The notes: a model not told the origin generated them from the sequence alone. A stretch of DNA of 57,186 nucleotides from a virus (IMGVR_UViG_3300020151_001089:1-57186), one strand, 5' to 3'. Positions 35,785 to 46,435 are shown, counted from the first letter of the stretch. Made by a program: numbers and translations.

Positions 35785-38700
35785 ATGGGTCTTAGCCGCT
35801 TAGATAATTTCCTGAAAAATAGTAGAGGAAATACCATTTATGTTGATCCATCAAGTATAGATGCTACAGACAGTATTGAAAATCAAGGTAATTCTCTTGG
35901 TCGTCCTTTTAAAACTATTCAAAGGGCACTAATAGAAGCATCAAGATTTTCGTATCAGAGGGGATTTGATAATGATAGATTTGGTAGAACTACGGTAGTC
36001 GTTTATCCTGGTGACCATATAATAGACAATAGACCAGGATGGATACCAATTCACGATGCTCCAGTAAGTGGAAATAACTGGAGACAGAGAAGTGGGTCGT
36101 TATCAAATGATTGGAATGATTTTAACTTATATACAAATTTTGATGTGTCTTCTGATGACAACGTTTTATATAAGTTCAATAGTGTTTACGGTGGTGTAAT
36201 TATTCCTCGTGGAACATCTTTAGTTGGATTAGATCTCAGAAAAACAAAGATTAGACCAAGATTTGTACCAGATCCAACTGATGATGATATTCAACAGACT
36301 GCAATTTTCAAAGTAACTGGATCTTGTTATTTTTATCAATTTACTCTTTTTGATGCTGATCCTGCAGGTACAATTTATAATTCTTATAGTACCACAAAAG
36401 TTGTTCCCAATTTTTCACACCATAAATTAACTTGTTTTGAATATGCTGATGGTGTAAATCAAGTTAAATTTAATGATACCTTTTTAACTTATTCAACCGA
36501 TAGAACAGATTTAGACATTTATTATCAAAAAATAGGTCTTGCCTTCGGTGCTTCTAGTGGTAGAGATATTCAAAATGATTATCCTAGCAGTCTTATAGAT
36601 GTTCAAGCAAAAATTGATGAATCTAGAATTGTAGGTTCTAAAGGACAAGACGTTGGAATAACAAGTATAAGATCTGGAAATGGTGTAGTTTCAACTACTA
36701 CAATTACTGTAGATATTGAAGAAGCAATTACAGGATTAGATGTTGATACTCCTATCAGAATTGAAGGTGTCCCTGTTTCTGGATATAATGGTCAATTTGT
36801 AATAAGCACAGTTGAAACACCAACAAGGATTACATATAAAACTTCTACCGCTCCTGTAAATCCTCTTCCAACAATTGTTAGTGGATCACCAACTCTTAAT
36901 ATCACTGTAGATACAGTTACTTCATCGTCTCCATACATTTTTAATTGTTCGTTGAGATCAGTTTTTGGTATGTGTGGATTACATGCTGATGGAAGTAAAG
37001 CCGATGGATTTAAATCCATGGTTGTGGCACAATTCACTGGAATTGGTCTACAAAAAGATGATAATGCATTTGTTAAGTATAATTCATCTACTGGTGTATA
37101 TGAAGATAGTACCGCTGTTCCAAATATTCACACAAGTACCTCATCTTTATATAAACCTTCCTTTGAAAGTTTTCATATTAAAGCCTCTAATGATGCTTTC
37201 TTACAGTTAGTATCCATTTTTGCTATTGGTTATGCAAATCACTTCTTAGCTGAAAGTGGTGGAGACCACTCCATTACAAACTCTAACTCTAACTTTGGTG
37301 CTAAGGCACTTGTTGCTAGAGGATATAAAAGAGATGCTTTCCCTAGAGATGATACTGGATTTATAACTCATATTATTCCACCAAAAGAAATTGAAACTTC
37401 TGATGTAACAATTGAATTTGATGCTATTGATGTAGGAAGAACTGTTGGTGTTGGATCTACTTCTAGGTTATATTTGTATAACAGAACTAATGTAAATGAT
37501 CCACCAAATCATATTTTAGAAGGTTATAGAATAGGTGCTAAAAAAGGTGATAGTTTACATGTTTTAGTGAATGATGGTAGTGGTACACAATCATTATCTG
37601 CTAGAATAGTTATGCCTAACACCCAAAATACGGGTGTTTATGAATCAACATACAGGAAAGTTGTTCATGTTGGGAGAACAAATGTTGGTATTAATAGTAT
37701 TTCTTCTGATACTTTAACATTTACAACTCCACATAAATTTATAAATGGAGAAACTATTAGAATTTTCAGTAGTACTGGTGAATTGCCTGATGGATTAAAT
37801 CATAATCAAGTTTATTATGCAATTACTGATGGTGTTAGTAGCGATCAAATAAAAGTAGCACAAACTTTTAACGATACTATTGCTGGAGATGCAGTTTCTA
37901 TTAATAGTAAAGGTGGTATATTAGTAGTAGAGAGTAGAGTATCTGATAAGGTTTCTGGTGATCTTGGGCATCCAATTCAATTTGATAGTAATGTTAATCA
38001 ATGGTACTTAAATGTAAGTGGAATATCTACATTTAATAATTTAACTCCTGCTATTGTTGGATTAGGGACTACCACATTAGGAAGTGCCACTTCAAGAACA
38101 TTCCTTAAGAGAAAACCTGATACTAGATCCTTATCTGACAAGATCTATAAGGCAAGATATGTAATACCAAAAGATTCTGTAGTTGTTGCTAGACCTCCAC
38201 AAGAAGGATTTGTACTACAAGAATCTAATAGTACAATTGGTAAAACATCTACTGAAATTTTAAAGTATAATAGTGTTGATTCTTCTTCATTAGCAAATAG
38301 TTCCGAATTAAGAAACTATAGATTAATATCTAATGTTATTTGGGATAATATAGCTGGAATTGCAACTTATACTACTGAAGCACCACATGAATTATCTGCT
38401 GGATCTTTAGTAGAAGTTAAAAATATTAAAACAACATCTAATACTACTGGAATTGGTAATAGTGGATTTAATGGATTTTTTGAAATATTATCAAAACCAA
38501 CAAGAAGGACTTTTACTGTTGGATTGACAACAAATCCTGGTGTTTTTTCTAGCAATACTTCTGTTAGAGATGGTAATTTACCTTATTATAAGAGAGTTAA
38601 CTTCAATAATACTTTTGTAGTATACAGATCTCAAGAATTACAGGAATATGTACCAAATGATAAAGATGGAATTTATTATTTAACTTTATTAAGTGTTTCT

Positions 38701-41664
38701 AATTCTCCTAATGTCGAACCTTTTAGTGGATTAAAGTTTTCACAACCAATAAAAAATCTTTACCCACAGTTAGACAGAGACAATCCATCTTCAGATCCAC
38801 AAAAATCTACTTCTTTTGCTCTCCCAAATCCAATTGGATTAGTTGAAGTTGATAATCCAGAGAACAGTATTACCAGAGAAACGTTAGTTAACAATTTACA
38901 TGATTTTGCTGTTGGATTTGGTTTAACTGATATAAGATCATCTTCTGGTATTGCACATACATTATACACTAAACTTGATCATGGATTGAACAGAATTACC
39001 CAAGTTGGAATTGTTAGTGCTGGTCTTAATTATGGAAATGGATCTGGAAGTAATCAAACACTTTATAATGCAAACTTAGTTGGTTTTGCTGGATCAACAA
39101 CTGGTAAATATGCAACAGCTAATATCAAAATTGATACATCTGGAAGAATTACCGCAGTCAATATTATTGATGGTGGAAGTGCTTTTGGAATTGGTAATAC
39201 TTTAGCGGTTGTTGGTGTTGCTACTACTACCGCACACATTGTGGGTGTAGTATCTGTTACTTCAATTTACAGTAATATTGGTGATACCATAGCAATAGAA
39301 GGTATTGGGGGAGATACGTTCAAAACATATAATAATCTTTATAGAATAACTGGTATTATCACAGGACGTGATCGAGAAATACAGGTTTCTTCGTCATCTA
39401 CAGTTACAGCAGATTATGAATTTATAGGATCTCTTCCTATAACTGGAGTTAATACTTCTGGATTGTCTAATATTAATGTTGATGTATTATCTTATAGTGC
39501 TGCTTATGTAACTGGAGAATCCTTGGGAATTTCTTCAATAACATATTATAATAATACTGGAATTGCTAGTGTTAGTTTCAATAAGTCTCATGGATATGTT
39601 GTTGATAATAAAATTAAAATAGGTGGATTTAATGAAGATGTGTTTAATGGTGACTTTATTATTAAAAAAGTCAACTCTATAAATTCTTTAGATATCTTTG
39701 TTGGCGTTTCTACAATTTCATTAGGAACTACATCAACAAATGGTGCTTATGGATATAAACCAGGATATACATCTCAAGGTGGATTTATAAGTAAAGATAA
39801 AACTAATTTTGGAAGATTACTGAATTCTTACGCTGGAGTTACAACTTCTTTATCTGTTGCATTAACAAATCCAAATACTAATGTCCTCACTGTTAGCAAT
39901 GCATTAAGACTTAATTTACAAGTTGGTGATTATCTCATTGTTGGTAATGAGATCATGAGAGTTTCCTCTACCGTTACTTCATCGACAGACATTAATGTTT
40001 TCCGTGGATTATTGGGTAGTTTTAAAGAAACTCATGAAGTTGGAAGTATAGTCACTCGTGTGAGATTGCAACCAATAGAACTTAGAAGAAATTCTATTCT
40101 TCGTGCTTCTGGACATACCTTTGAATATCTTGGTTTTGGTCCTGGTAATTATTCAACAGCATTACCAGAAAGACAAGATAGGAAATTTACTGATGTTGAG
40201 AGAGTATTATCACAATCAGTTAGTGATGATGGTGGTGCTCCAATTTACACGGGCATGGATGATCGTGGAAATAATTATACTGTTAATGCGGTAACAAACT
40301 CATCAACGGGACAAGAACTTTTAATCAATACTCCAATCCCATCTGTAAGAGGTGAAGATTTAACTTCTAATACAACTTCTATTGGATTTGATGTTCAATC
40401 TTCTGCAGAATTGACAATTGAAAGATCATTAAAAGTTGAAGGTGGTGATGGTGGAACAATTATTTCCGAATTTAATGGTCCAGTAATCTTTAACAATAAA
40501 GTATCTTCAAACTCTGATGAAGGTATAGAATCTAATTCTTTATACCTACAAGGTGATGCGACAATATCTAGAAAGTATACTGTTGGTGTATCGCAACCAA
40601 CTCTTGCTGGTAACCCTGGTGACATTACGTTTTATTCTGATCCATATCCTGGTGGTAGAATTGGTTGGGTCTATACTACCAATAATACTTGGCAAGAATT
40701 TGCTCCAATTTTAGATACAAATAATCGCGTTGTTGGAGTTTTCAGTGGTACATTTATCGGTGATGGATCTGGATTGACTAATGTATCTGATGTTTGGGTA
40801 TTTGATGGAGTTGGAATTTCTACAACAGCTTATGTTGGTCTTGGAACAACTAGTGCAAAAGCTGGTTATGCTGTTTATGCTGGTGGATCAGTTTTATTTG
40901 AAGGGGCGACACAATTCAATACCCAATCTATGCTATGGAATGTCCCTAATGGTTTCTTAGTTAACACTGGTATTTCTACATTTAATCAGCAAGTAAATGT
41001 CAATACATTTAAGGCGATTGGTGTAAGTACATTTAGAAATAATGTTATAGTTACAACTAACCCAGAAACTACTGGTGATACTGAAGGTAATTACTTAAAA
41101 TTTGTACAAAGTGATACAAATATAAATGCCGCTTATTATTATGGTGGAGTGCAATGGGAAGGAAATGACACTGGAAATAGTGGTATAAGAGGTTATATAA
41201 GAGGTGAATCTGAAGGAACAGCGGGACAATTTGCTATAACTTTTGGTACTCAAGGATCTGGTTCAAGTAATCCACAAGAAGCATTAAGAATTGATAGTAA
41301 TAGAGATCTCAATGTTGTTAACAATTTAAATGTTGGTATCAACATTGTTGCTGTTGGTGAAATAACTGCCAATTCGGACGAGAGAATAAAAACCAACATC
41401 AAGACTATTGACAACGCACTTGAAAAAGTTCTTCAACTTCGTGGAGTTGAATATGATCGTATAGATACTCAAAAGCATCAAATCGGTGTCATTGCTCAGG
41501 AAGTTGAGAAGGTTCTACCAGATCTCGTTTTGGATGGTGAGAAAAAATCTGTTGCTTATGGTAACATGGTAGCAGTTCTTATCGAGGCAATCAAAGAGCA
41601 ACAAAAACAAATTGATGCTCAAGGTAAGCAAATTGAGGAACTTTTAAAAAGACTTGATGGGTAA
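35785..41664 (+). CDS. Large tail-fibre/structural protein with C-terminal peptidase S74 intramolecular chaperone
   Basis: 1959 aa; N-terminal IYVDP...GNSL.RPFKTIQRA; C-terminal SDERIKTNI...LRGVEY...IGVIAQEVEKVLP...LIEAIKEQQ; late promoter AATAAATA about 35748. Confidence 0.85.
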   Translation: MGLSRLDNFLKNSRGNTIYVDPSSIDATDSIENQGNSLGRPFKTIQRALIEASRFSYQRGFDNDRFGRTTVVVYPGDHIIDNRPGWIPIHDAPVSGNNWRQRSGSLSNDWNDFNLYTNFDVSSDDNVLYKFNSVYGGVIIPRGTSLVGLDLRKTKIRPRFVPDPTDDDIQQTAIFKVTGSCYFYQFTLFDADPAGTIYNSYSTTKVVPNFSHHKLTCFEYADGVNQVKFNDTFLTYSTDRTDLDIYYQKIGLAFGASSGRDIQNDYPSSLIDVQAKIDESRIVGSKGQDVGITSIRSGNGVVSTTTITVDIEEAITGLDVDTPIRIEGVPVSGYNGQFVISTVETPTRITYKTSTAPVNPLPTIVSGSPTLNITVDTVTSSSPYIFNCSLRSVFGMCGLHADGSKADGFKSMVVAQFTGIGLQKDDNAFVKYNSSTGVYEDSTAVPNIHTSTSSLYKPSFESFHIKASNDAFLQLVSIFAIGYANHFLAESGGDHSITNSNSNFGAKALVARGYKRDAFPRDDTGFITHIIPPKEIETSDVTIEFDAIDVGRTVGVGSTSRLYLYNRTNVNDPPNHILEGYRIGAKKGDSLHVLVNDGSGTQSLSARIVMPNTQNTGVYESTYRKVVHVGRTNVGINSISSDTLTFTTPHKFINGETIRIFSSTGELPDGLNHNQVYYAITDGVSSDQIKVAQTFNDTIAGDAVSINSKGGILVVESRVSDKVSGDLGHPIQFDSNVNQWYLNVSGISTFNNLTPAIVGLGTTTLGSATSRTFLKRKPDTRSLSDKIYKARYVIPKDSVVVARPPQEGFVLQESNSTIGKTSTEILKYNSVDSSSLANSSELRNYRLISNVIWDNIAGIATYTTEAPHELSAGSLVEVKNIKTTSNTTGIGNSGFNGFFEILSKPTRRTFTVGLTTNPGVFSSNTSVRDGNLPYYKRVNFNNTFVVYRSQELQEYVPNDKDGIYYLTLLSVSNSPNVEPFSGLKFSQPIKNLYPQLDRDNPSSDPQKSTSFALPNPIGLVEVDNPENSITRETLVNNLHDFAVGFGLTDIRSSSGIAHTLYTKLDHGLNRITQVGIVSAGLNYGNGSGSNQTLYNANLVGFAGSTTGKYATANIKIDTSGRITAVNIIDGGSAFGIGNTLAVVGVATTTAHIVGVVSVTSIYSNIGDTIAIEGIGGDTFKTYNNLYRITGIITGRDREIQVSSSSTVTADYEFIGSLPITGVNTSGLSNINVDVLSYSAAYVTGESLGISSITYYNNTGIASVSFNKSHGYVVDNKIKIGGFNEDVFNGDFIIKKVNSINSLDIFVGVSTISLGTTSTNGAYGYKPGYTSQGGFISKDKTNFGRLLNSYAGVTTSLSVALTNPNTNVLTVSNALRLNLQVGDYLIVGNEIMRVSSTVTSSTDINVFRGLLGSFKETHEVGSIVTRVRLQPIELRRNSILRASGHTFEYLGFGPGNYSTALPERQDRKFTDVERVLSQSVSDDGGAPIYTGMDDRGNNYTVNAVTNSSTGQELLINTPIPSVRGEDLTSNTTSIGFDVQSSAELTIERSLKVEGGDGGTIISEFNGPVIFNNKVSSNSDEGIESNSLYLQGDATISRKYTVGVSQPTLAGNPGDITFYSDPYPGGRIGWVYTTNNTWQEFAPILDTNNRVVGVFSGTFIGDGSGLTNVSDVWVFDGVGISTTAYVGLGTTSAKAGYAVYAGGSVLFEGATQFNTQSMLWNVPNGFLVNTGISTFNQQVNVNTFKAIGVSTFRNNVIVTTNPETTGDTEGNYLKFVQSDTNINAAYYYGGVQWEGNDTGNSGIRGYIRGESEGTAGQFAITFGTQGSGSSNPQEALRIDSNRDLNVVNNLNVGINIVAVGEITANSDERIKTNIKTIDNALEKVLQLRGVEYDRIDTQKHQIGVIAQEVEKVLPDLVLDGEKKSVAYGNMVAVLIEAIKEQQKQIDAQGKQIEELLKRLDG

Positions 41665-41665
41665 T

Positions 41666-41724
41666 TGACCAGTTGATAAACTGTCACAAGGGGTCCCTAG
41701 GACCCCTTCTTTTTGCTGTATAAT
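41666..41724 (+). promoter_or_regulatory. Palindrome plus terminator hairpin plus -10 box before the helicase gene
   Basis: TGACCAGTT-gata-AACTGTCA; AAGGGGTCC-cta-GGACCCCTT plus T run; TATAAT at 41719-41724. Confidence 0.6.
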
Positions 41725-41737
41725 AACTTTATCGGCA

Positions 41738-42979
41738 ATGAGTTCCATGTTCCAACTTCGTCCTCACCAAAAAGACGCTCTTGAAGCAATGCTCCGTTAT
41801 CTCAAGGGTATCATTGTTGCTCCAACTGGTGCTGGCAAGAGCATTATTGCCATCTATGACGCCATCCGCCAGTTTGCACTTGGTAACCAGACTGTGGTAG
41901 TTGTTGCTCCTAGGTTGCTTCTCGCTCAGCAGTTGTGCTCCGAGTTCATGGAGCACATTACTGATGCTTCTGTGATGCATGTTCATTCTGCTAAAGACTG
42001 TAATTATTTTGCAACAACTAATCCTAATAAAATTGGTGATTGGTGTGAAAACACTCAGGGTAACAAACTGATCTTTACAACTTATAATTCTCTTCAGCGT
42101 ATCGTTGATGCAGGTATTCATGTTAATGCTATCTATTTTGACGAAGCACACAATTCTGTCAAAAAGTCATTTTTTGATGGCACACGCATTCTATCTAAGT
42201 ATGCTGATCGTTGCTATTTCTTTACTGCAACTCCGAAGTACTCTGCTACTCCAAAAAAGCCAGGAATGAATGACCATGAAGTTTATGGTAAGATCATCTT
42301 TAATGTTCCTGCTCCAGAGTTGATTGCAAATGGTTCTATCCTGCCTCCTAAGATTAATGCCATGAACATTGGATCTGCTCGGGAGAAGGATCAGAACACT
42401 GCTCAGAGGGATTGTATGACCCTTCTGGATACCATTCTGAATGAGGATCATATGGATAAGGTTCTTGTTGCTGCCCCCAACACCAAAGTTCTTATTCGCA
42501 TGATTGCTGAGACTGATTTCATGACCGAAGTTCAGTCTTACGGTTATGATGTTCTTTGGATCACTGCTAAGTACGGTGCATTCATCAACAACACCAAAAT
42601 TGGTCGTGAAGAGTTCTTTAACAAGATTTCTGACTTTGGTAAAGATCCCAACAAAAAGTTCATTGTTCTTCATTACTCCATCCTTAGTGAAGGTATTTCT
42701 GTGCCTGGTCTTACTTCTCTTGTTATGATGCGTCAGATGAACGTCATTGAAATGTGCCAATCTATTGGTCGAGTTATCCGTCTCCATCTGGATGACATCA
42801 AAGGTATCCAGAACGGACAAATTAAAGCAGGTGACCTTGATTCGTATACCAAATCTTTTGGTCTGATCCATGTCCCTGTTTACAGTAACACTGGTATTTC
42901 TACAGTGCGTCGTTTGCAATCTGTAGTTGATACTGTGTTTGTTGAAGGTCAACCTGCTATTTCGGTAATTAAACGATGA
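41738..42979 (+). CDS. Superfamily 2 (DEAH-type) helicase
   Basis: LRPHQ...APTGAGKS...FDEAH...FTATP...LSEGISVP...QSIGRVIR. Confidence 0.9.
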   Translation: MSSMFQLRPHQKDALEAMLRYLKGIIVAPTGAGKSIIAIYDAIRQFALGNQTVVVVAPRLLLAQQLCSEFMEHITDASVMHVHSAKDCNYFATTNPNKIGDWCENTQGNKLIFTTYNSLQRIVDAGIHVNAIYFDEAHNSVKKSFFDGTRILSKYADRCYFFTATPKYSATPKKPGMNDHEVYGKIIFNVPAPELIANGSILPPKINAMNIGSAREKDQNTAQRDCMTLLDTILNEDHMDKVLVAAPNTKVLIRMIAETDFMTEVQSYGYDVLWITAKYGAFINNTKIGREEFFNKISDFGKDPNKKFIVLHYSILSEGISVPGLTSLVMMRQMNVIEMCQSIGRVIRLHLDDIKGIQNGQIKAGDLDSYTKSFGLIHVPVYSNTGISTVRRLQSVVDTVFVEGQPAISVIKR

Positions 42980-43149
42980 AAGAAGGATTTATTACAAAAG
43001 ATGGGTACGCCGCTGTTCCTTTTGGAAACCAACTCATGGTCATTTACAATGGACAGCAGTTGAAAGTTTGTAGAACTGAAAATTCCGCTAGAAATTTCAT
43101 CAAGGAACACTCTTCTAAACCTAAACCTGGAACTATTTTTATAAAATGA
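42976..43149 (+). CDS. 57-aa hypothetical protein (not in ORF track)
   Basis: MKEGFITKDGYAAVPFGNQLMVIYNGQQLKVCRTENSARNFI...; ATGA coupling at both ends. Confidence 0.65.
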   Translation: MKEGFITKDGYAAVPFGNQLMVIYNGQQLKVCRTENSARNFIKEHSSKPKPGTIFIK

Positions 43150-43355
43150 ACATGAAAAAGGAAAAAACTAAGTTTGTTTGTGTGTCTCCTTTGACTATCA
43201 AAGCACGTAATCACTTTCATGCTGACATGGATAATCTCCATTCATGTCGCGTAAAAGATGAAAATCATGATAAAATGTATTTGGAATCGTTGAATAAAAA
43301 GCATTATTTCTGGATCAATAAAAAGGATGATAAAAATTGGAGGATTGAGAAATGA
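43146..43355 (+). CDS. Hypothetical protein
   Basis: 69 aa; coupled to its neighbours. Confidence 0.7.
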   Translation: MNMKKEKTKFVCVSPLTIKARNHFHADMDNLHSCRVKDENHDKMYLESLNKKHYFWINKKDDKNWRIEK

Positions 43356-43561
43356 AAATTGTAGCATCTCCCGATACTTTGGTGACTATTACTGTAGATA
43401 AAGAGGGGTTGGAGACCATGATTAATGCGGCAACCGCTGCCATTACATCAATTAACGAATGGAATATGGGTGATGAGTATGATACTGATATCACTCCCTA
43501 TCATGATCTTTTAACGGCACTTAGAGAAAAATATAAGAGTGTTTATGGAGAAATTCTATAG
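43352..43561 (+). CDS. Hypothetical protein
   Basis: 69 aa; SD GGAGG. Confidence 0.7.
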   Translation: MKIVASPDTLVTITVDKEGLETMINAATAAITSINEWNMGDEYDTDITPYHDLLTALREKYKSVYGEIL

Positions 43562-44039
43562 TAATTTTTTCATCTCTAATAATGAGATATTAAAATATTT
43601 CTCTACATTATTGGATGCACTTCAAAAAAATCCTCAAAAATACCGTGATGTGAGCAATCATTGTTTATCTTCAAATTGCTTTGCATCCAATAATCTTTTA
43701 AATTTAATTGATGATCATTCCTTTGTGAAAAATATTAACTTTATTTTGGAGGAGTGTCAAAAACATATTCCCAATAAAGTTGAATACTTTTATATCCACA
43801 TGATTGATTATGAAAATGGTGGAGATATGCTTATTCATAAACACGATCATAATGAGGACTATTCATTTGTTTTTTATCTTAATGATTGTGTAGATGGATA
43901 TACCACTTTGTATCTTGATAAACCAATTAGGGTTATGCCAGAAGAAGGTAAAATTTTAATATTTTCTTCTAATATTTACCATTCATCAACTTTTTCTAAA
44001 AAGAAAAAAATTTTTGTTGGTGGATTAAAAATATCTTGA
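43545..44039 (+). CDS. 2OG-Fe(II) oxygenase-like protein
   Basis: Y..GG....HKHD...YSFVFYLND...G.T...PEEGKILIF.S.IYH. Confidence 0.7.
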   Translation: MEKFYSNFFISNNEILKYFSTLLDALQKNPQKYRDVSNHCLSSNCFASNNLLNLIDDHSFVKNINFILEECQKHIPNKVEYFYIHMIDYENGGDMLIHKHDHNEDYSFVFYLNDCVDGYTTLYLDKPIRVMPEEGKILIFSSNIYHSSTFSKKKKIFVGGLKIS

Positions 44040-44065
44040 TAAATAAACGTAATTGACAGTAATTT

Positions 44066-44233
44066 ATGACTGATGTAGACAAATGGAACCGAGGCTTGGA
44101 TCTTTTTATTGAAAGTGTTCATAAACCAGATCATGAATTAAGACAGTGTGCCCATAATCAAAAATGTTTTCCTGAATTGATGTCTGTTCGTCAAAATGTG
44201 CTAGGATACTTAAAAACATTAAGAAAAGAATGA
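44066..44233 (+). CDS. 55-aa hypothetical protein (not in ORF track)
   Basis: MTDVDKWNRGLDLFIESVHKPDHELRQCAHNQKCF.ELM.VR. Confidence 0.65.
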   Translation: MTDVDKWNRGLDLFIESVHKPDHELRQCAHNQKCFPELMSVRQNVLGYLKTLRKE

Positions 44234-44242
44234 AATATAAAA

Positions 44243-44725
44243 ATGAATAAAAAATATTTTAATATTATATGCAATTCTTATGTTGTGATTGCTGACGGTA
44301 AATACGAAGAAAATTCGATGTTAAGATATTTTGATTATAACTTAAAATTTGTAGCTTTAGATCCAACATTTAAAAATAAGTGTCTGTCAGAAACTAAAGT
44401 ATGGAAAGAAAATTTATTTACTAAAAACATTGACCTAGCAGAAAAATATCTGTTAGGTCTTAATGTAATAGATGGAAAATTTTGTAATGTTGATGGTATA
44501 AGAAAAGAAGAAGTTTTTACCAAAGGATATACCCATATTGGAAAACCATTGCTTGAATATAATCAAGATATGTTCATATATCACAAAAATATTCAAGTAA
44601 ATCTATGTACAATTGGAACTATTGGGCATATAAAAGCATTAGAAAATGGAAGCAGTAAAACTAGATTTTGGGAACCAGATCAGTTTTTATCATGTATAAA
44701 ATCTTTAGAATTATTTTTGGAATAA
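44243..44725 (+). CDS. Hypothetical protein
   Basis: 160-aa ORF. Confidence 0.65.
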   Translation: MNKKYFNIICNSYVVIADGKYEENSMLRYFDYNLKFVALDPTFKNKCLSETKVWKENLFTKNIDLAEKYLLGLNVIDGKFCNVDGIRKEEVFTKGYTHIGKPLLEYNQDMFIYHKNIQVNLCTIGTIGHIKALENGSSKTRFWEPDQFLSCIKSLELFLE

Positions 44726-44726
44726 C

Positions 44727-44966
44727 ATGTATTCTTCAAACTACGTTTTTTATCTAATATTATTTTTAATATGTGCATATTTAATTTTAACTGATAATAG
44801 TATATCTCAAGCATTCGTATATGTTTTCGATATCATTAAAAATAAACTCATAATGATGATATGGTGGGTAATAAATAATCCACGAAATCCAATTGTAAAA
44901 TATTTGATGTGGAAAAGGTCAATGAAGTTAGCTGAAGAATTGATGAGAGAATATGAACAAAAATAA
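44727..44966 (+). CDS. Small membrane protein
   Basis: Hydrophobic N-terminus; NPRNPIVKYLMW. Confidence 0.65.
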   Translation: MYSSNYVFYLILFLICAYLILTDNSISQAFVYVFDIIKNKLIMMIWWVINNPRNPIVKYLMWKRSMKLAEELMREYEQK

Positions 44967-44971
44967 TATTC

Positions 44972-45000
44972 TTGACAAATGCAAATATTTTTGATATAGT
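44972..45000 (+). promoter_or_regulatory. sigma70 (early) promoter
   Basis: TTGACA-17 nt-TATAGT. Confidence 0.7.
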
Positions 45001-45043
45001 AACTTTACAAAAAACCAGTTATTCACACTCTTGGGAAATAGAT

Positions 45044-45439
45044 ATGGGAATGTTTGATTACTTCCGTTCATCGTATGATTTGGGTGAGCAATTTACAAAT
45101 GTAGCGTGTCAAACCAAAGACATTGAAGATTGTATTGGTGGTACAATGACTTACTATTGGTTAGATCCCAATGGGGTTTTGTGGTATCCAAATTATACTG
45201 GCACTAACACATTTGAGATCATTCCTAAGGATGATCCTCGATATGATTCAAAGAAACTATTTTTAAATTATGAATGGGTTCCTACTGGTGAGCATGGTAA
45301 GTATGTACCGCATCATATTACCAAATATGTTGAAGTGTATCCAGAAAACTGGAAAGGATCATGGGAGGATTGGCCCAGGTTGCGTCTTCATTTTAGAAAT
45401 GGAGTATTGCAAGATTTTGTAAATGTAAGTAGAGAGTAA
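45044..45439 (+). CDS. Hypothetical protein
   Basis: MGMFDYFRSSY...QTKDIE...YWLDPNG.LW; start placed downstream of the promoter. Confidence 0.75.
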   Translation: MGMFDYFRSSYDLGEQFTNVACQTKDIEDCIGGTMTYYWLDPNGVLWYPNYTGTNTFEIIPKDDPRYDSKKLFLNYEWVPTGEHGKYVPHHITKYVEVYPENWKGSWEDWPRLRLHFRNGVLQDFVNVSRE

Positions 45440-45464
45440 TAAATAACTTTAAAATTCATAGTGT

Positions 45465-45947
45465 ATGATTAATATAAAGAATTTAGAATTTGAAGATAAA
45501 TTAAAATTAGTAAATGATAAAAATGTAGAGGAAGAAGTTTTAAAGGATCTATCTAAAGATATTGATTATTCTATTAGGTGGAGGGTAGCTAGACATAAAA
45601 ATACATCACCAAAAACTTTATCTTTATTGGCAAAAGATGAAATTTTTGACGTAAGGTATAACGTTGTTGATCATCCAAATATTCCATTATCTGTTCTTGA
45701 GAAATTATCTGATGATCCACACCCTGGAGTTAGATATAAAGCTGCGTCACATCCAAATGCAAGTCTTTTAATATTGTCAAAATTATCTAAAGATTCTAAA
45801 ATTTGTGTAAGATATTGTGTTGCTGGGAATTTAAATACCTCCATCGAAGACCTTAAAAATCTTTGTAAAGATAATAGTCTTTTGGTAGCCGTAACAGCAA
45901 AAAAAAGTTTAAAATCTAAATATTATGAGTTTAGAGGGAGAATTTAA
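45465..45947 (+). CDS. HEAT/leucine-rich-variant repeat protein
   Basis: About five 24-aa repeats of VR..VA.HPN.P...L..LS.D. Confidence 0.75.
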   Translation: MINIKNLEFEDKLKLVNDKNVEEEVLKDLSKDIDYSIRWRVARHKNTSPKTLSLLAKDEIFDVRYNVVDHPNIPLSVLEKLSDDPHPGVRYKAASHPNASLLILSKLSKDSKICVRYCVAGNLNTSIEDLKNLCKDNSLLVAVTAKKSLKSKYYEFRGRI

Positions 45948-46332
45948 CGTGATGGAAAATCAAGATAGAAAATTTAATATATTGAAAGCAATCAAACATG
46001 TTGAAGCTATTAGAGAAATTGTTGTTGGATGGGACAATGAACATTTTTTAAAAGTTCATTTGATTGATGTTAAAGGGGAACTTGAACGGCAATTATATGA
46101 GCATCTAAGATTCCCAGTAAAATATTATCAAGGAGATAAAGTTAAATTTATTGGTTGTTCTAAAGAACAAATCAAATGGGGAAATAATGATGATCCTAAT
46201 TTAGGGTTACAATTAAATCAAATATATGAAATTGAAAATGTTGATACTCGTTCCCAACATACAAAATTGACATTGGTTGGAATTACTGGTATATTTAATA
46301 GTGTATGTTTTGAGAGAGTGTACAATGATTAA
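45925..46332 (+). CDS. Hypothetical protein
   Basis: 135 aa; GDKVKFIGCSKEQIKWGNNDDP...FNSVCFE. Confidence 0.65.
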   Translation: MSLEGEFNVMENQDRKFNILKAIKHVEAIREIVVGWDNEHFLKVHLIDVKGELERQLYEHLRFPVKYYQGDKVKFIGCSKEQIKWGNNDDPNLGLQLNQIYEIENVDTRSQHTKLTLVGITGIFNSVCFERVYND

Positions 46333-46435
46333 AACTCACACGCAAAAAGATGGGACTATTTGGGAATGGGAAGAAACGGAAGAATTGATTGAAATTTTAA
46401 AAAAATTAAATATCAATAAAACTAAACAAGAATAA
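46325..46435 (+). CDS. 36-aa hypothetical peptide
   Basis: MIKTHTQKDGTIWEWEETEELIEILKKL...; fills the gap. Confidence 0.45.
   Translation: MIKTHTQKDGTIWEWEETEELIEILKKLNINKTKQE

Noticed and set aside
42191-42952. 253-aa minus-strand ORF (and 41729-42151)
   Set aside because: Antisense shadow of the helicase, which has complete SF2 motifs; no recognisable motifs or RBS of its own
44972-45043. TTG start at 44972 for the 155-aa ORF
   Set aside because: That TTG is part of a TTGACA -35 box; ATG 45044 downstream of the promoter is more plausible
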